Notes under the pieces: generated by a model
Database searches by the model: none
Told to the model about the DNA's origin: nothing
The model's input: only the letters and a program-made list of their open reading frames with translations
Position numbers and translations under genes: made by a program
Shown: positions 11,263 to 25,204 of the stretch, one piece after another
Numbering within the stretch: position 1 is the stretch's first letter
Layout of the letters: each line of letters opens with the position of its first letter
Origin: Chlorokybus atmophyticus
Taxonomy: Eukaryota; Plantae; Mesostigma and Chlorokybus algae
DNA: 64,000 bases
Direction of reading: 5' to 3'
NCBI GenBank assembly: GCA_009103225.1
Contig: RHPI01002402.1
Location: 839,412 to 903,411, forward strand

Positions 11263-12370
11263 ATTACCCATTGCGGACCCTCAGCACCATCTTGGCCTCA
11301 AGAGAAGGACTGGCGCAGGCTGGGGATGAGTGGTGATGATCATGCCGCCATGCAGTCATGCATAAGTCTATGAGACCATAGCTGCGATCGATTACACGCC
11401 CGGGTTTTGTTTTTGCTTCGAGGTCGCAGCATCAGCTGGCATGGCACGCCTTCTTGGATGTGTTTGTGGATATCGTGGGCTGGTTAGCCGAAATTGGTGT
11501 GAAGTTTACTCTGTAGAGGCAAGGTATGTTACATGCATTGCAAGATTGTTACTGAGTTCTTAGTGGTTGTGATGTCGGCGTTTACATTTACGAGATGAGT
11601 AATAAATTATTGCGAGTTTTGCTGTGTAAGCCTAGACTATGTTTGATAGTTTGCTATTGTGCCTGCTAGTGTTTGAGTTTCAAAATGGCGCAGACAGCTG
11701 CAATGGCAGTGTTGACGTCGTGGGATCTGGTGGCATGTAGTCCAGTCTTTTGCAAAGTTGTTTTTCCACTGTTTCGAATTGGCTCGTTGCGCAGGCTATT
11801 GCTGTCATCTCAGCTGCATATTGGGTTGACCCGCAGAGTACGTACCATGCACTGCTGCATGTGCACACCATGGTATGAATTTCCCACGCTTTGCACGCAC
11901 CTGGGACTTAAGATCCAGTCTGTGATATACTTTGCCCTCTCTTGTCCTACTCTACACAAAGCAGCCATCTGCTCATCGCTATTGGAAGCACATTGCGCAT
12001 GCGCCGGGTGATGGGTCTGCTGCGCGCATATATTCGAGGCCAAACGTGTGCAAGCTTAGAATCTGAAGTGTGAGCTACAACTGCTAAGCACAATTTTCAG
12101 ACATTGACACAATGGTGCCAAGCACACTTCTTGCATACAAGTTCAATCCTTGGCCAGAAGCAGCCTATAACTGAAATCAATGAAAAAGTGACCACATTAC
12201 AGGTAGTAGTAGCCAACTCTCTATTGTAGCAACACTTGTACGTACTAGTTACCCCCCCATTATGACACAAGTGTACATGGATCCACTGCTAATTCTTGAA
12301 TCAGTAGACACCTAGCTATTGCTAATAATGCAGTCTACTCACACTCCAAACTTCCCTCTATACACCCCAA

Positions 12371-13394
12371 CTAAATGTCGTGGTACAACAGTTGGTATTT
12401 GGGGATGCGCTCTTGTGGCAAAGGACAGGTGACAATCAGTTTACCCCGCATTGCGCCTCTGTATATTGTCTGTTCGCAAGAGCAAACAAAACCATCAGCA
12501 TGCCTGCAAGCTTCTGCAAATGCAAAACCACTGCTCGAGACCTCAAACCTCAACAACATCAATGAAGTCTTGCTTTGTCTTGAATGCGCCAATCCACTTG
12601 GTGTGGTCAGGTGACCTGGATGATAATCTATGGTCAACACCTCAAGTACGGATACAACAAGCTGCACACAATCTTGCTCTCACATTGTCCATCACGCACT
12701 CACCCGCAATCCATCTTCATGTGCTGTGCATTGAAGAAAAAGACGGTTGCAGGCACGAGCGTGATGTCAAAGTACTTCAAGTACACCTGCAGGCCTTCCG
12801 AGCCGGCATCCGCCGTAAAGATGGTAGCAAAGCGAGACACCTCACGCGCCGACTTTGCGAGCTGGTCCAACAGATACACAAATAGAATCACTTGCATATT
12901 ATGTCAATTGACCAATATCTTGCCAGCACGAGGCTTGAGCCATATCCTTGCCAAGCATATGTTCACACTTCACAGTGGCGTACCACGTCGTCCAGTTGCA
13001 TGCACGTGGGGTCGTCTTTGAGGCCAAAGCGGAGTACAACAACCTTGTCAACAGCGCTCTGGATGGCAGCGTCCACCTGCAGTGCGGACAGTCAGTACGC
13101 ACTCGACCGCACAACAATATGTTGTTTGCTGATTCTTCACAACGAGGGACAATAAGAAACCAAGCACTGTGCAAAATTGGGCTCAGAACTTCTTGCAATA
13201 CTGAGTAACCATAACTATGCAACAGTATGCGTTGGAAAAAGAACGTGGTAAACATTGCACGCAACCAGAGTAATGCCAATGCAAGCGCGTTATCGGTTTT
13301 GCAAAAGGCTGTGACATCAATAGGCGCAATACCAAATGCAGAGCTTCACACAAACCTCTTCTTTCTGCGTCAGCTGCAGCTGTCCAGCCTCCAT
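12371..13394 (-). CDS. TXNL4B: Thioredoxin-like 4B (Dim1 family, Dim2/DIM1B)
   Basis: Spliced product MEAGQLQLTQKEE|VDAAIQSAVDKVVVLRFG...LDDV|LAKSAREVSRFA...YFDITLVPATVFFFNAQHMKMDCG|SPDHTKWIGAF...DVVE|[35 protein letters not shown]. Confidence 0.93.
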
Positions 13395-13496
13395 TCTGCA
13401 GCCGCTATTGCAGCCTTCATAGAGGCCAAGTGATCATCAGAGCAGCAGCAGGTTCAGCACCATGCGCCGGCGTAGGCCTTCACCCTGTCAACGCCC

Positions 13497-13504
13497 AAAC
13501 CCTA
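13497..13504 (-). promoter_or_regulatory. Telo-box (AAACCCTA) in the TXNL4B/FKBP bidirectional promoter
   Basis: Exact motif located between two divergent ATGs 218 bp apart. Confidence 0.6.
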
Positions 13505-13612
13505 GCGACGCAGTGCTCCAGTGTCACTCGAAGTGGTTGCTGATGTTTACGTCGTTATTGCTGTTGCTGTTCGCGTAGTCGGCACCGGCGGCGGCGGGTG
13601 TGTGTCTCCGTC

Positions 13613-15064
13613 ATGGGCGGCATGGGCAAGCTGGCGACGACGGCAGTGGCGCTGCTGTGTCTCGTGGCACTGCTGGCAGGCAAGTTGGTTGGTTGCATTG
13701 CTGGTGCACGGCTGAACTGGCTTGGCGAACAATGCAGGCTTGGTCACATGGTACTATGATGTGCTCGAGCTGTGGTGAAAGTGGATTGTGTTGAGGCGTT
13801 GAATCGCTTGCTTGGTGCATGCATGGGTTAGTGGTTCACTTGCCTTGTGTTGCGCAGCTGGCACTGAGGCCAAGGCGGCCAGGGAGGTCAAGCAGCTGCA
13901 GATTGGCGTGAAGGTGAGTAGAGTGCTTGAGCAATGCGTTTTGGTTCTTTCGCGACGCTGATTCTACAAAGAGGGTCACACGCAGCAGCGCCGCTTGCTT
14001 AACTGTTGCCTAGTTTTGTACTTTGGATGCTCTCGAACTAGAGTGGATGTGCTGAGTCCTGCGATTGTACTGTGTGCACAGTTCAAACCTGAGCAATGTG
14101 ACCGCAAAGCAGCCAATGGAGATCAAGTCAAAGTGCACTACAGGGTCAGTGCAATATGAGACGCATTGCAACTTGAGCTCGCTTGTTGTTCAGATTCTGC
14201 GTTTTGCTCAGCTTCTCTTATACCACGCACCAGCTCGTACCCATAGCTGCGTGTATTTGCACAAGACACACTCATTACTCTTGTGTAAATGCTCTCTGAT
14301 CCATTGCTGCAGGGCACTCTGGTGGACGGCTCGCAGTTCGATGCGAGCTACGATCGTGGAGAGCCTCTGTCGTTTACGCTTGGCCAAGCCCAAGTCATCC
14401 AAGGTAGACACACAAACTGGCAGAAGGCGCATGTCAATGGCGCTCGCGGCGCATGTATGTCACTGCTCATGAGGTTCACGTGGATGCTTGCCGGTTAATT
14501 GTTGTTGGACAGGTTGGGATCAGGGCATTCTTGGCATGTGCATTGGTGAGAAGCGCAAGCTCCAGATCCCGGCTCACTTGGGATACGGTGATCGCGGTGC
14601 GCCTCCAAAGATTCCAGGTGCGTGAGCACACAAGCATTTGTGCGTGGCTTTTGTCTGCGCATGTCACCAACAGAATTGCATGCAAGCCGTGCACTGTGTA
14701 TGAGACTGCTTGCAACTCAATCATCCAGTTGCTCGCAGCCTGTCCTGCTAGTTGACTGCGAAGCATCAGGGCTGACACTTGTTAACATCATTGTTGATAG
14801 CATCTGAACTTCTTTGCCTCACGTTACATGTTGTCGGGTTGATTCAACCTGACAGGATAAGTGCGACATTAATGCAAGCGTGCAACACATAGCACGCCTG
14901 CACTGTCTGTGCTTTTACTTATTCAAGTTTGCATCTCACCATCAATTGTTACAGGTGGAGCAACTCTTATTTTTGATACGGAGCTTGTGGACATTGTAAA
15001 CAAGGCAAGTGACGGTGTGGAGGATGATGAAGACCAAGCAATGGACGAAGAGGATGAGTTCTAG
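13613..15064 (+). CDS. FKBP15: ER-luminal FKBP-type peptidyl-prolyl isomerase (FKBP15/FKBP2-like), 6 exons; first intron GC-AG
   Basis: Signal peptide [22 protein letters not shown]; LQIGVK|FKPEQC...VKVHYR|[24 protein letters not shown]...|[19 protein letters not shown]...[12 protein letters not shown]|[11 protein letters not shown]; acidic tail ending DEEDEF-TAG. Confidence 0.95.
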
Positions 15065-15546
15065 GTTGCGAGAGTCCAACATGTTGGCCACTCAAAGCAT
15101 CACTGACATGGGTAGTAATGTGTTAGACAATCGATTGCATACCTCAAGTGAACCAACTCACTCAATCCTGGGACATGCAATCATGTGGGTGCATCAATCA
15201 CTATATGTTGTAACTGTGTTCTCTTTGCCGCAACTCGGGAAATTATGACGGCTCAAGCTTGAACTCCATGGTGCGAGCACCTTTACGCCACAAGTACATT
15301 CGAATGTATGACTTCCTGTCAACATTACGTTTCATTTGCTGGCAAAGGTGCTTGTTTGGTAGGCAGCATGCTCTGGGCGCGCATTGTACTTAGCTACACG
15401 TGGCGGCATTTTTCACCAGCAAGAGTCTGCAACTGCAGTGCATTTCGTGTTGCAATAGCTGGTGATTGACCCCTGGTGGGACTGTCCGCCATGCTGGTTT
15501 GCGTGGCGGACGCTGCTGCAGCATAGCAGTCCATGCCGCTCAAAAC

Positions 15547-15586
15547 GCACTCTCATCCACCCCTGGCCATGGGTGGATGAGAGTGC
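15547..15586. repeat. Inverted repeat: perfect 16-bp arms, 8-nt loop, in the FKBP/PPI convergent gap
   Basis: gcactctcatccaccc-ctggccat-gggtggatgagagtgc; imperfect pairing extends about 10 bp further on each side. Confidence 0.9.
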
Positions 15587-16072
15587 ATTTCTGAGCAAAC
15601 ATGTGTTGGGTGGGTTGGAAACCAACTGGGTATCTGAACTCTGCATTCAGTAATAGAGAGAGAGTTGTGCGTATCCACAGGCTGGCTATGGCGTTCCACG
15701 GTCACATGGCTGTGCGGTTCAGGCTGGTTGCTATGCTGTGGGGTGTGCGAGGCTCACAAAATGGCGGTGTATGCCTTACATGTGCATGCGTGCTACAATT
15801 GGCACTTTCCCAGACCTTGGGCAACCCCTTGCTTGGGTATGCGCCCTTGCAATCCGCCCTTGCATAGGAGTGCTTGGTCTCAATGTATCATACATACATA
15901 GTTGTCATGTGGTCCGCTATGCCTTCATACCTCACGCACCAATCATGTGTTGCCAACATGGCACGGGTATGGAGTGATACTACAAACAAGCAAATAGCTA
16001 GCAACAGAGTTTTATCTAGCAGCAATGCTCGGACTGAGCAACATATGCGCTCACAAGGCACAGTGAGCAAAA

Positions 16073-18596
16073 CTAATTTACGGTCAACTCGACCACTACT
16101 GCATTCATGGAGTCCGCGGTCAGGGTGACAGAAACGCTGCTGGCTTCACTGCACAGATCGTCAGTTTCATCCATTTCGGGAAGATCCTGAGCACAAAAGC
16201 AGTTAGCGATTTCTGACATAGCAGGCGCAGCATTCAACCACAGCTATAGCGCCAAGAGCTTGTAACACTGACCTCAGCTGCAGGAGCTTCGGGCTCAGCA
16301 TTCCCGTTCTCTGCTTTGTCTTTCCGCAGCTGATGATAGTGAGCCATTTTGTCCTTGATCTTGTCAATGCAAGGCAGAGCATCTGCGGTAGTTGCTGGTG
16401 AGTCCACCCCAATGGTTTGGAAGGACTTGAGGGCGTCATAAGAGTGCTTGAGCTTTTCAGGTGCTTTGGGTTTTGACGCAGTCTTCTTCTTGTCTTGCTT
16501 CTTCTTGCCAAGGCCACCAAACCAACTGTCCAACTCCTCATCGCCCTTGTTCTTCTTACTGACTAGCATCTCTCCAACCCCTTTTGGTGCCACAATCTCC
16601 TTCGCAGCAACCACCTCCTCCACTGTACTGTCAACTGGTGCCACCTTCTGCAGGTATGATACCAACTGTTCGCAGATTGTAATCTCCACCGCATACGGTT
16701 CCACCGCATACTCCGCCGCTCGTTCCTTGCGTGCCTCGTCCCTAGCTTTGCGCTCCTGCTGCCCCTGCTCCCATCTGCGCTGCCTTTCTTCTTGTTGCTG
16801 CTGCCTGAACTCGCGTTCGCGCTGCACAGAACCAGTGACGTCAGGATAAAACGCCTCCTACATGCATGTGCATGCAGACATGCAGAAAAGGATCAGAAAT
16901 CAAACCTGATAGTACTCGTCCTCCTTTGCCCTAAATTCAGTCTTTGCAGCGCGCAGGGCGTCACGTGCGGCCACAATTGTTTCCCACAATGCTTGGCGCT
17001 CCTCAGCAAGTGCAGGAATATCAGCACCCTCACTGTCTTCCTTCAACTTCATCTGTTCCAGCAGGGCTCGCTGGACGTTCTCTTGTTCCTTGATAGCATT
17101 GATCTCTTCATCCTGAATCAGGCATTCCTTGCTTGCATTAGCAACAGCCCAGTCTGGGGCATGGACCTTGACAACACAACACATGTCGTATGCTGCTACA
17201 AGGCTGCACCTTCAGTTTGATGGCATCAAATATCTCACTGCGATTGCCCTCATCAACAGACAACTTCTCCAGCCTTATCGTGTAGTCCTTGACAAAGTCG
17301 CGACTCTTCTTGAGCTCCTTTATTTGAGCAAGAATGCGCTTTTCCTCTTGCAGGGCCATTGTGGTGTGTGACAGTTTGTACTCGAGCTTGTTAATCTCTC
17401 CGTCAATCTCTTCCACCTGCAAAAGTTGAGGTTTACTCCACAACTCATGCTGCTGTGTTGTACATTAAAGCTGCCAGGCTGCTGCAGGCTGGCAATGCAT
17501 AAAGAGTGCCATTAGCATGACTACACAGCAAACCACCTGTACAGATACTGTATGGTTAGAGTGCAATCTGTGCCCAGTGGGCTCCGGGCATACTCATTGC
17601 AATGGTTTGGCATTCCTTGCTACCTTCACAAAGGGCAGCTTGTCCTTGATCTGACGGGCCTCCTCACTCATGGTTTTGCGGGCAGCATCTGCATGCTTCA
17701 GCTCGTCTCGCAATGCCTGTTTTTCCTCCACGCGGGCTCGGAACTCTGCTCGCAGCTCCGCCAATCGGGCTCGGACCTGCATGCATCAGACTGTGAGCAA
17801 ACCTATCGTTGCACATGGTCGCAAACTAGGTGAACACATACTTCACAACTGTCGATCATCCAGACACTACACCAACTGTCCTCTTTGGCAGTGAAACACG
17901 AGCGTTGAGACAAAAAACTTCACCCACCTGACCAGATCCAGCACCTGCGCTGCGCCGCCCATCCTTTGCGAGCTCAATGAGCCCCTTGATCTCATTGATT
18001 CGCAGTTGGCTGCGACTGATCTCGCCCTGCCATGTCACTGTCAGCATTGCCTTCGCAGCACAACAATGCAGACCCAGGGTGGTTAGCACATTGTGAAGAC
18101 TGTCCAAGACGCGCGGTACTCTTCGTGAAGTGTAGCTAAGTAATGGCAAAGAAATCATTCCGCTGTAACCATGTGGTGCACAAGGAGCACAGTAATGGCA
18201 GAGTTCTTAAGCAATGCATGTGCCAACCATATGCATGACACAGGCGGTGAAATGCGCTGTACCCAACAGTCCAAGCAAAGGGTCGCCATCCAAACGCACA
18301 CCGGCCTAACTCTCGCTAGGAACAACGAGCAATGTGTGCTGCATTGGACCAGCCAGCAAAAGGACAACACTGAGACGAGATAACGAAGTCGGCAATGTGC
18401 CTTCATGCTTGCTGTGTACCTCAAGGCGGGTGATCTCGGCATCCAGCGACTCTCGGTTAGGCTTGTCCAAGCGTTTTACACGAGCCTTGGGGCCAGAAGC
18501 AGCGCCGGCATTGGCCGACCCGCCTTTCTTGTCGACTCCAGCCGAGGTGGGGCCCTCCGCCACCTCGACGGCAGTAGCGGTCGCTTCCTCCACCAT
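16073..18596 (-). CDS. Proton pump interactor / BFR1-like coiled-coil protein
   Basis: KRLDKPNRESLDAEITRLE|GEISRSQLRINEIK, VEEIDGEINKLEYKLSHTTMALQEEKRILAQIKEL, PYAVEITICEQLVSYL, KLKHSYDALKSFQTIGV. The probable last exon is DLPEMDETDD...VSVTLTADSMNAVVVELTVN-TAG (less certain). Confidence 0.75.
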
Positions 18597-18801
18597 GATC
18601 ACAACCACAGCAGCAGGCACACTGCCAGCGAGGAGCGGAGGAAGGAGTAGGGGAAGGGCAGCGAACTGGCACGGGCCGTGGCAACGATGTCGCCGCCAAC
18701 GACGCCGCGACGAACCACCTCAACGACGACGCTGCCAATGCCGCCGAGCCTGCAGCGGCAGCAGCAGTAACAGATGCCAGCAACGGCGAGGTTTGCTGAG
18801 C

Positions 18802-18809
18802 AAACCCTA
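18802..18809 (-). promoter_or_regulatory. Telo-box upstream of the PPI/BFR1-like gene
   Basis: AAACCCTA about 210 bp upstream of the minus-strand ATG. Confidence 0.55.
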
Positions 18810-19290
18810 GCCGGGTTACGCTCGGTACGCGACAGCGATCCAACTAACTAGCGTAACTGCTGTAATTCGCGCCAACTACCGTCGCGCAACTCATCATGAG
18901 CCCGACAACGTACGTTGTTGACATCAACGCTATCAAAGATGACCAATTCAATAGAAGCCATAGTTTGACCTCCATCAACGCCATCTGGTGTTACTTCATG
19001 AACATAACAATGTAGCGTTCAAGGCAACGTCCCTTTGGGCTTGGGGTTGACGCCGCGGCTGCCACGCAGCCTTGCCACGTGGAAAGTGAACCGCAACGCT
19101 TGCAACCGTCGATCGCGTGCCGCCCGCGCCAGGCGCAGGCTGATCGTCAGCTTGCGCGACCGCGGCCTTCAATTACGATCTCCTTGTGCTGATTACGCTC
19201 GTATGCCGTATCACAGATTATGTTGATTGACAATTGTGGTTGTTGCTTAACGGCGCTGCTCTCCATCTGTCGTTTGCAGTTTAGCAAGTT

Positions 19291-19298
19291 TAGGGTTT
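19291..19298 (+). promoter_or_regulatory. Telo-box (TAGGGTTT) upstream of RAB7
   Basis: Exact motif about 245 bp before the ATG. A G-box (GCCACGTGG) lies at 19074-19082. Confidence 0.55.
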
Positions 19299-19539
19299 GA
19301 CGAGAACGCCCCTGAAAACTTTTCTTTCTCCATGCAGAGGAATTTCCACAAAAGAAAAATTCCTCTACGTTGGTGTTGCAGGTGCGGCGGAGGGGCTTTG
19401 CTTTGCTGCGGCGGCGGTGGTGGTGGTGCCGGCGGCAGCTCTCTTGGGCTTAGGCTGTTGTTGAAAGTTCTCCAGTGTCGCGCATAACCAAGGCTGCTGT
19501 CGGTTCTGTCCCAGGACTTGAGCTTGGACGTCGGCCACC

Positions 19540-21426
<1,887 letters not shown>

Positions 21427-22316
21427 TTAACCCGACTGCCATCACCGATGTTGCTTGCTGTGCACATGGTCATTTTTCCCGATAAAACACTGTCAGGGAG
21501 TTCAGCATTGCGCTGCATTTGTGCTGCGTGGAACTGTCATTAGTACATATCTGAGCATGTACAGTTGTTGTGTTTTAGGAGAGTATAGGAATGAAAGTCT
21601 TTTTTAGCTGTTTGCTGCTTGCGCGTGGGTAACTGCAGCAGTGTGGATTTGCACTGTGCGGGCATGCAGGCTTGTTTGAAGCTTGTACAAAGACAACATC
21701 GTGTACAGAAGATGCAAGACACAATGTGTTACTGGGCGATATGGCTTGCGGTATCTGCACGAATTCAAGCGTCTTGGTACAGGCGCTTTTGTCATGCGCA
21801 GCATAATGAGATGTCTGTGTACTCTGACTCTTACTAGCAATGGCAACAGGTAGTCTGATTTCAAATGATGTTGCACCTGTGCTTTGTGATTGGTGTTGTT
21901 ACTGTTGTTGGCTGTTGGGCATAGCACACCTTTGCACTCTCGAGTTATATACATACCCCTCTCGCATTTTCTGTACACTGCTTCATAGTGTGCAAAGAGG
22001 CAGTATGCAATGGCGGCAAGCATACCGGTAGTGCAAGGCCACCAGAGCCATGGCGTTTACAACACCAACCAGCTACGAGCACAGCCAACATAGCCCCCCT
22101 CCAGTATCCTCTTCAGTGTTTTCTCCCCGTGACATGTTGAGCAGGTGCGTAGGCAGACGTTCAGAACAAGTTCAACTGACCTGCAATTGAACCCTATACA
22201 TGTAGGCGCTCTGTGCAGCAGCCTTGTCAGTTTGCACACTAAGGGCGTAGGACGTTCACTGGCCTTGTGCTCCTGGCTCAGGGCCTGGCGGCGGCGGCGG
22301 CAGCGGCGGCGGCGGG

Positions 22317-24537
22317 ATGGCGTACGCCCAGATGCTCCCGCGCGAGCGGACGTACATAGAGGAGTACCTCGAAGGTAAGTGCTGTGTTGTTTGGGATGGG
22401 ACTGTGTCTGGACATCCTTCTGCTGCGTCTTTGTCTTGAAGCATGGCTCGCTGCTGCTACTGTCAATCTAGGGTAAATCGCTGCAGTTGCCTATGAGGTG
22501 CATGCACATGCCAGTTTGTTAGTGTTAACACGCTCAAGGCATGCCACCTGCTCAGCTGGCTCGGTGAGCCCATATTAACGGTGCAGTGCGTGTTGATGGA
22601 CAGGCGTGGGTTCTTTGCCAGCGGACTTGCAGCGTCACCTGTCCACAATGCGCGAGCTTGACGAGCGACTCGACAGTAAGCTGGCACACTGTGTTTGGTT
22701 TTGCTTATTACTCCTAGTTTTGCGTGGGGCTGTACTAGTCAGGCTTGCATGATGAAGGCGTTCATGTACACAGCATCTCGACAACTTCTGTGCACTTGGA
22801 TATGCCTGATAGTCAAGTTGTTTACTGGTGTTACAAGCATGATCTATCGCACGAGGCGTGTGCATGCGTGAAGCCAACACAATCACGGAGTGCACGACAA
22901 GTGCAATGTCAATGCTGAAACAAGTAATGTATAAGGGTTGCGGCACGAGATGGCGGAGCTGTGCTCACGGTGTTTGCAAGCGCCTTCGCAGCAAAGCAAA
23001 ACCACCCCACCAGAGCAGGTATCAGTGTACACACAACATGGTCGTCATATGCTACACCTTCCCGTTGTTGTTCAGCACATGTTGCATGGGCAGTTGGAGC
23101 AAGTTGCGCAGTTGCGGGCAGAGTTGGAAGAGCACAACAGCCAATGCTTGAGGCTTGCGCAAGAGAAGATTCAGCTGGCTCAGCAAGCCCAGGCATTGGT
23201 ATGATGGAATGGTATGGTGTCTGATGGGCATGTCTTGTGTCTGCCGTGTTGCCGAGTGTAGTCCATAACGCGTTGTTTGCGCCACCACAGCTGGATAACC
23301 ACATTGGCCGCCTGGACGCCGAGCTGCGCGAGTTCGAAACTGAGCTGAAGCAAGGTATGAAATTAGGCAATGACGCCAGCGCGCACTCACACACATATGC
23401 GCACATGCATGTGCACACAGGCGCCAGCGTGTGCACACATGCATGCGTACAGGTATTTGGTCACTTACTTACAGCCCTTGTGCGGGCGGGTGTGCGTGCA
23501 CACGCTCACACACATTAACATACGCACACATGCGTGCACACCCCCACACGCGCACGCACACACACATGCGCACACACACACGCACACAGGCGCTCGTAAT
23601 TGCTCACCCTCTTACTCACTTTTACTCACCTTTTGACTGTGCACCAGAGGGCAAATTTCCCGTGGCGGAGGCGATGGTGCTTGAGCGCAAGAAGCAGGCG
23701 CACACGGCCTCCGGCGTGCCCAAAAGGGAGCGCGAACGCGAACGCGAGCGCGAGCGTGAGCGTGCATTGGCCACGGTCGGTGTCGGTGACAACAACAACA
23801 ACGGGGCCCCGGATGCGCTCGCGGCAGCGAGCCGGAAGCAGCGGACAGCACCGAGCGTGCCTGTGGTTGATAGTGAAGCACCCGTCGATCCATCTGAACC
23901 CACCTACTGCATATGTAATCGGGTCAGTTGCTCCTTGCCCTGACTCTGTCATCATCATGCACAGGTGGTTGAGATGCTCATGGTCGGTGTCTTGTTGAGG
24001 AGATGCGTTATCCCACAAGCTTTGTGGATGTCAACTGAACATGTCGGGTTATTACGTACATGACAAAGTACACCTGCCTTGTTATCTGACCAGAGTGGAC
24101 AACTTGCTTGTGTGTCTGTGCGGGTTGTGTGTGTCCAACACTTCCGGTGCCCTTTGTTGGCAGGTGTCGTTTGGGGACATGATTGGGTGCGACAACGAAG
24201 ATGTAAGCTCTGCTGCCCCTTTGAGTTGTCAACAGAGACAGTTTGCACCATTGGCGCTTAGCCTTGTATGATGCCATCTCCTGCTGACTCATGCTGTTGT
24301 AGTGCAAGATCGAATGGTTTCATTATGAGTGTGTTGGGTTGACCTCAGAGTCGAGACCGAAAGGTATGCTACCGTAACAACGCGTCGCATGTGTTCCCTA
24401 TGCTATGCATTGCATGTTAACCTCCCGACAATGCCAACCACAACACGTGTAACGCGCTTGTGGTAACTACAGGCAAATGGTTCTGCCCAGAGTGCGCTGC
24501 GTTGAAGCGGCGCGGCTTCTTGACTGGACAGGGCTGA
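22317..24537 (+). CDS. ING2: ING family PHD-finger protein (ING2-like)
   Basis: TYIEEYLE|GVGSLPADLQRHLSTMRELDE, EKIQLAQQA, LDNHIGRLDAELREFE, and PHD finger PVDPSEPTYCICNR|VSFGDMIGCDNED|CKIEWFHYECVGL...|KWFCPEC. Confidence 0.93.
23380..23590. repeat. CA/GCAC-rich low-complexity intronic tract
   Basis: Repeated gcacacac/gcacatgc units within an ING intron. Confidence 0.8.
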
Positions 24538-25204
24538 GAGCTACTCTCAGAGACAAACAAAACGCACGCGAACAACACTCCAAATCGAGGAGCCTCAATG
24601 ACTCGTTTGATAATGTGCTTGTAGGCTGACACACACGCGCATACACAAGTACGCACAGTCACAGAGGGTTTTCGCATCCGCCGGTCTACCTGGCCAGCAA
24701 TTTGGTGGTTCCAAGACATTTGTAACTGACAACGAAGCAGGCTCAGTAGAGTTGACGCTTGCCCGCATGGTCGTGATGTACTCTGCCGGCTCTTTTGGCT
24801 GCTGCGTATGCAAGGTATGCAAGTCGCCACCAGTGCCACCTAGTACTAGACTGCACACTCATCTCACCGCACTTGTTGTCCCGTGTTGTGCCTGCGGTTT
24901 GCTCGCATGCCCATCGCGATAGAGAGAGATTTGTAGGGTTGCTGATGGCTGGTAGTGAAGATAGCAACACCACGCATTGGTCATGTGAGACATGTGTGAT
25001 GGGGGAAGTAGGAAATCAGCATACATAATGACCTTGAGGCAAGGCGGACACCATGCTTTGATACGCAAATACGCTTCATGCAAGGGAACCAAATGGAGAC
25101 ACAGTCACATTAACAAGTCAAGTCCGCTGGAAGTGCATGAGGTGTAAGCAGTGCCAAGAAAACAGCAAAATCATCGGCATCAGCAGTGGCAAATCTCTCA
25201 GCAA

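Noticed and set aside
11300-12350. Short ORFs between NFU and TXNL4B
   Set aside because: No recognisable motifs or consistent exon chain; most likely 3' UTRs and spacer.
18790-18806. 8-bp palindrome overlapping a telo-box, and a 10-bp stem at 19336-19366 in the RAB7 leader
   Set aside because: Lengths are close to chance expectation for 64 kb; not reported as functional.
21604-22239. Minus-strand ORF fragments between RAB7 and ING (e.g. MLAAIAYCLFAHYEAVYRKCER)
   Set aside because: Could not be joined into a coherent spliced frame or assigned to a family.
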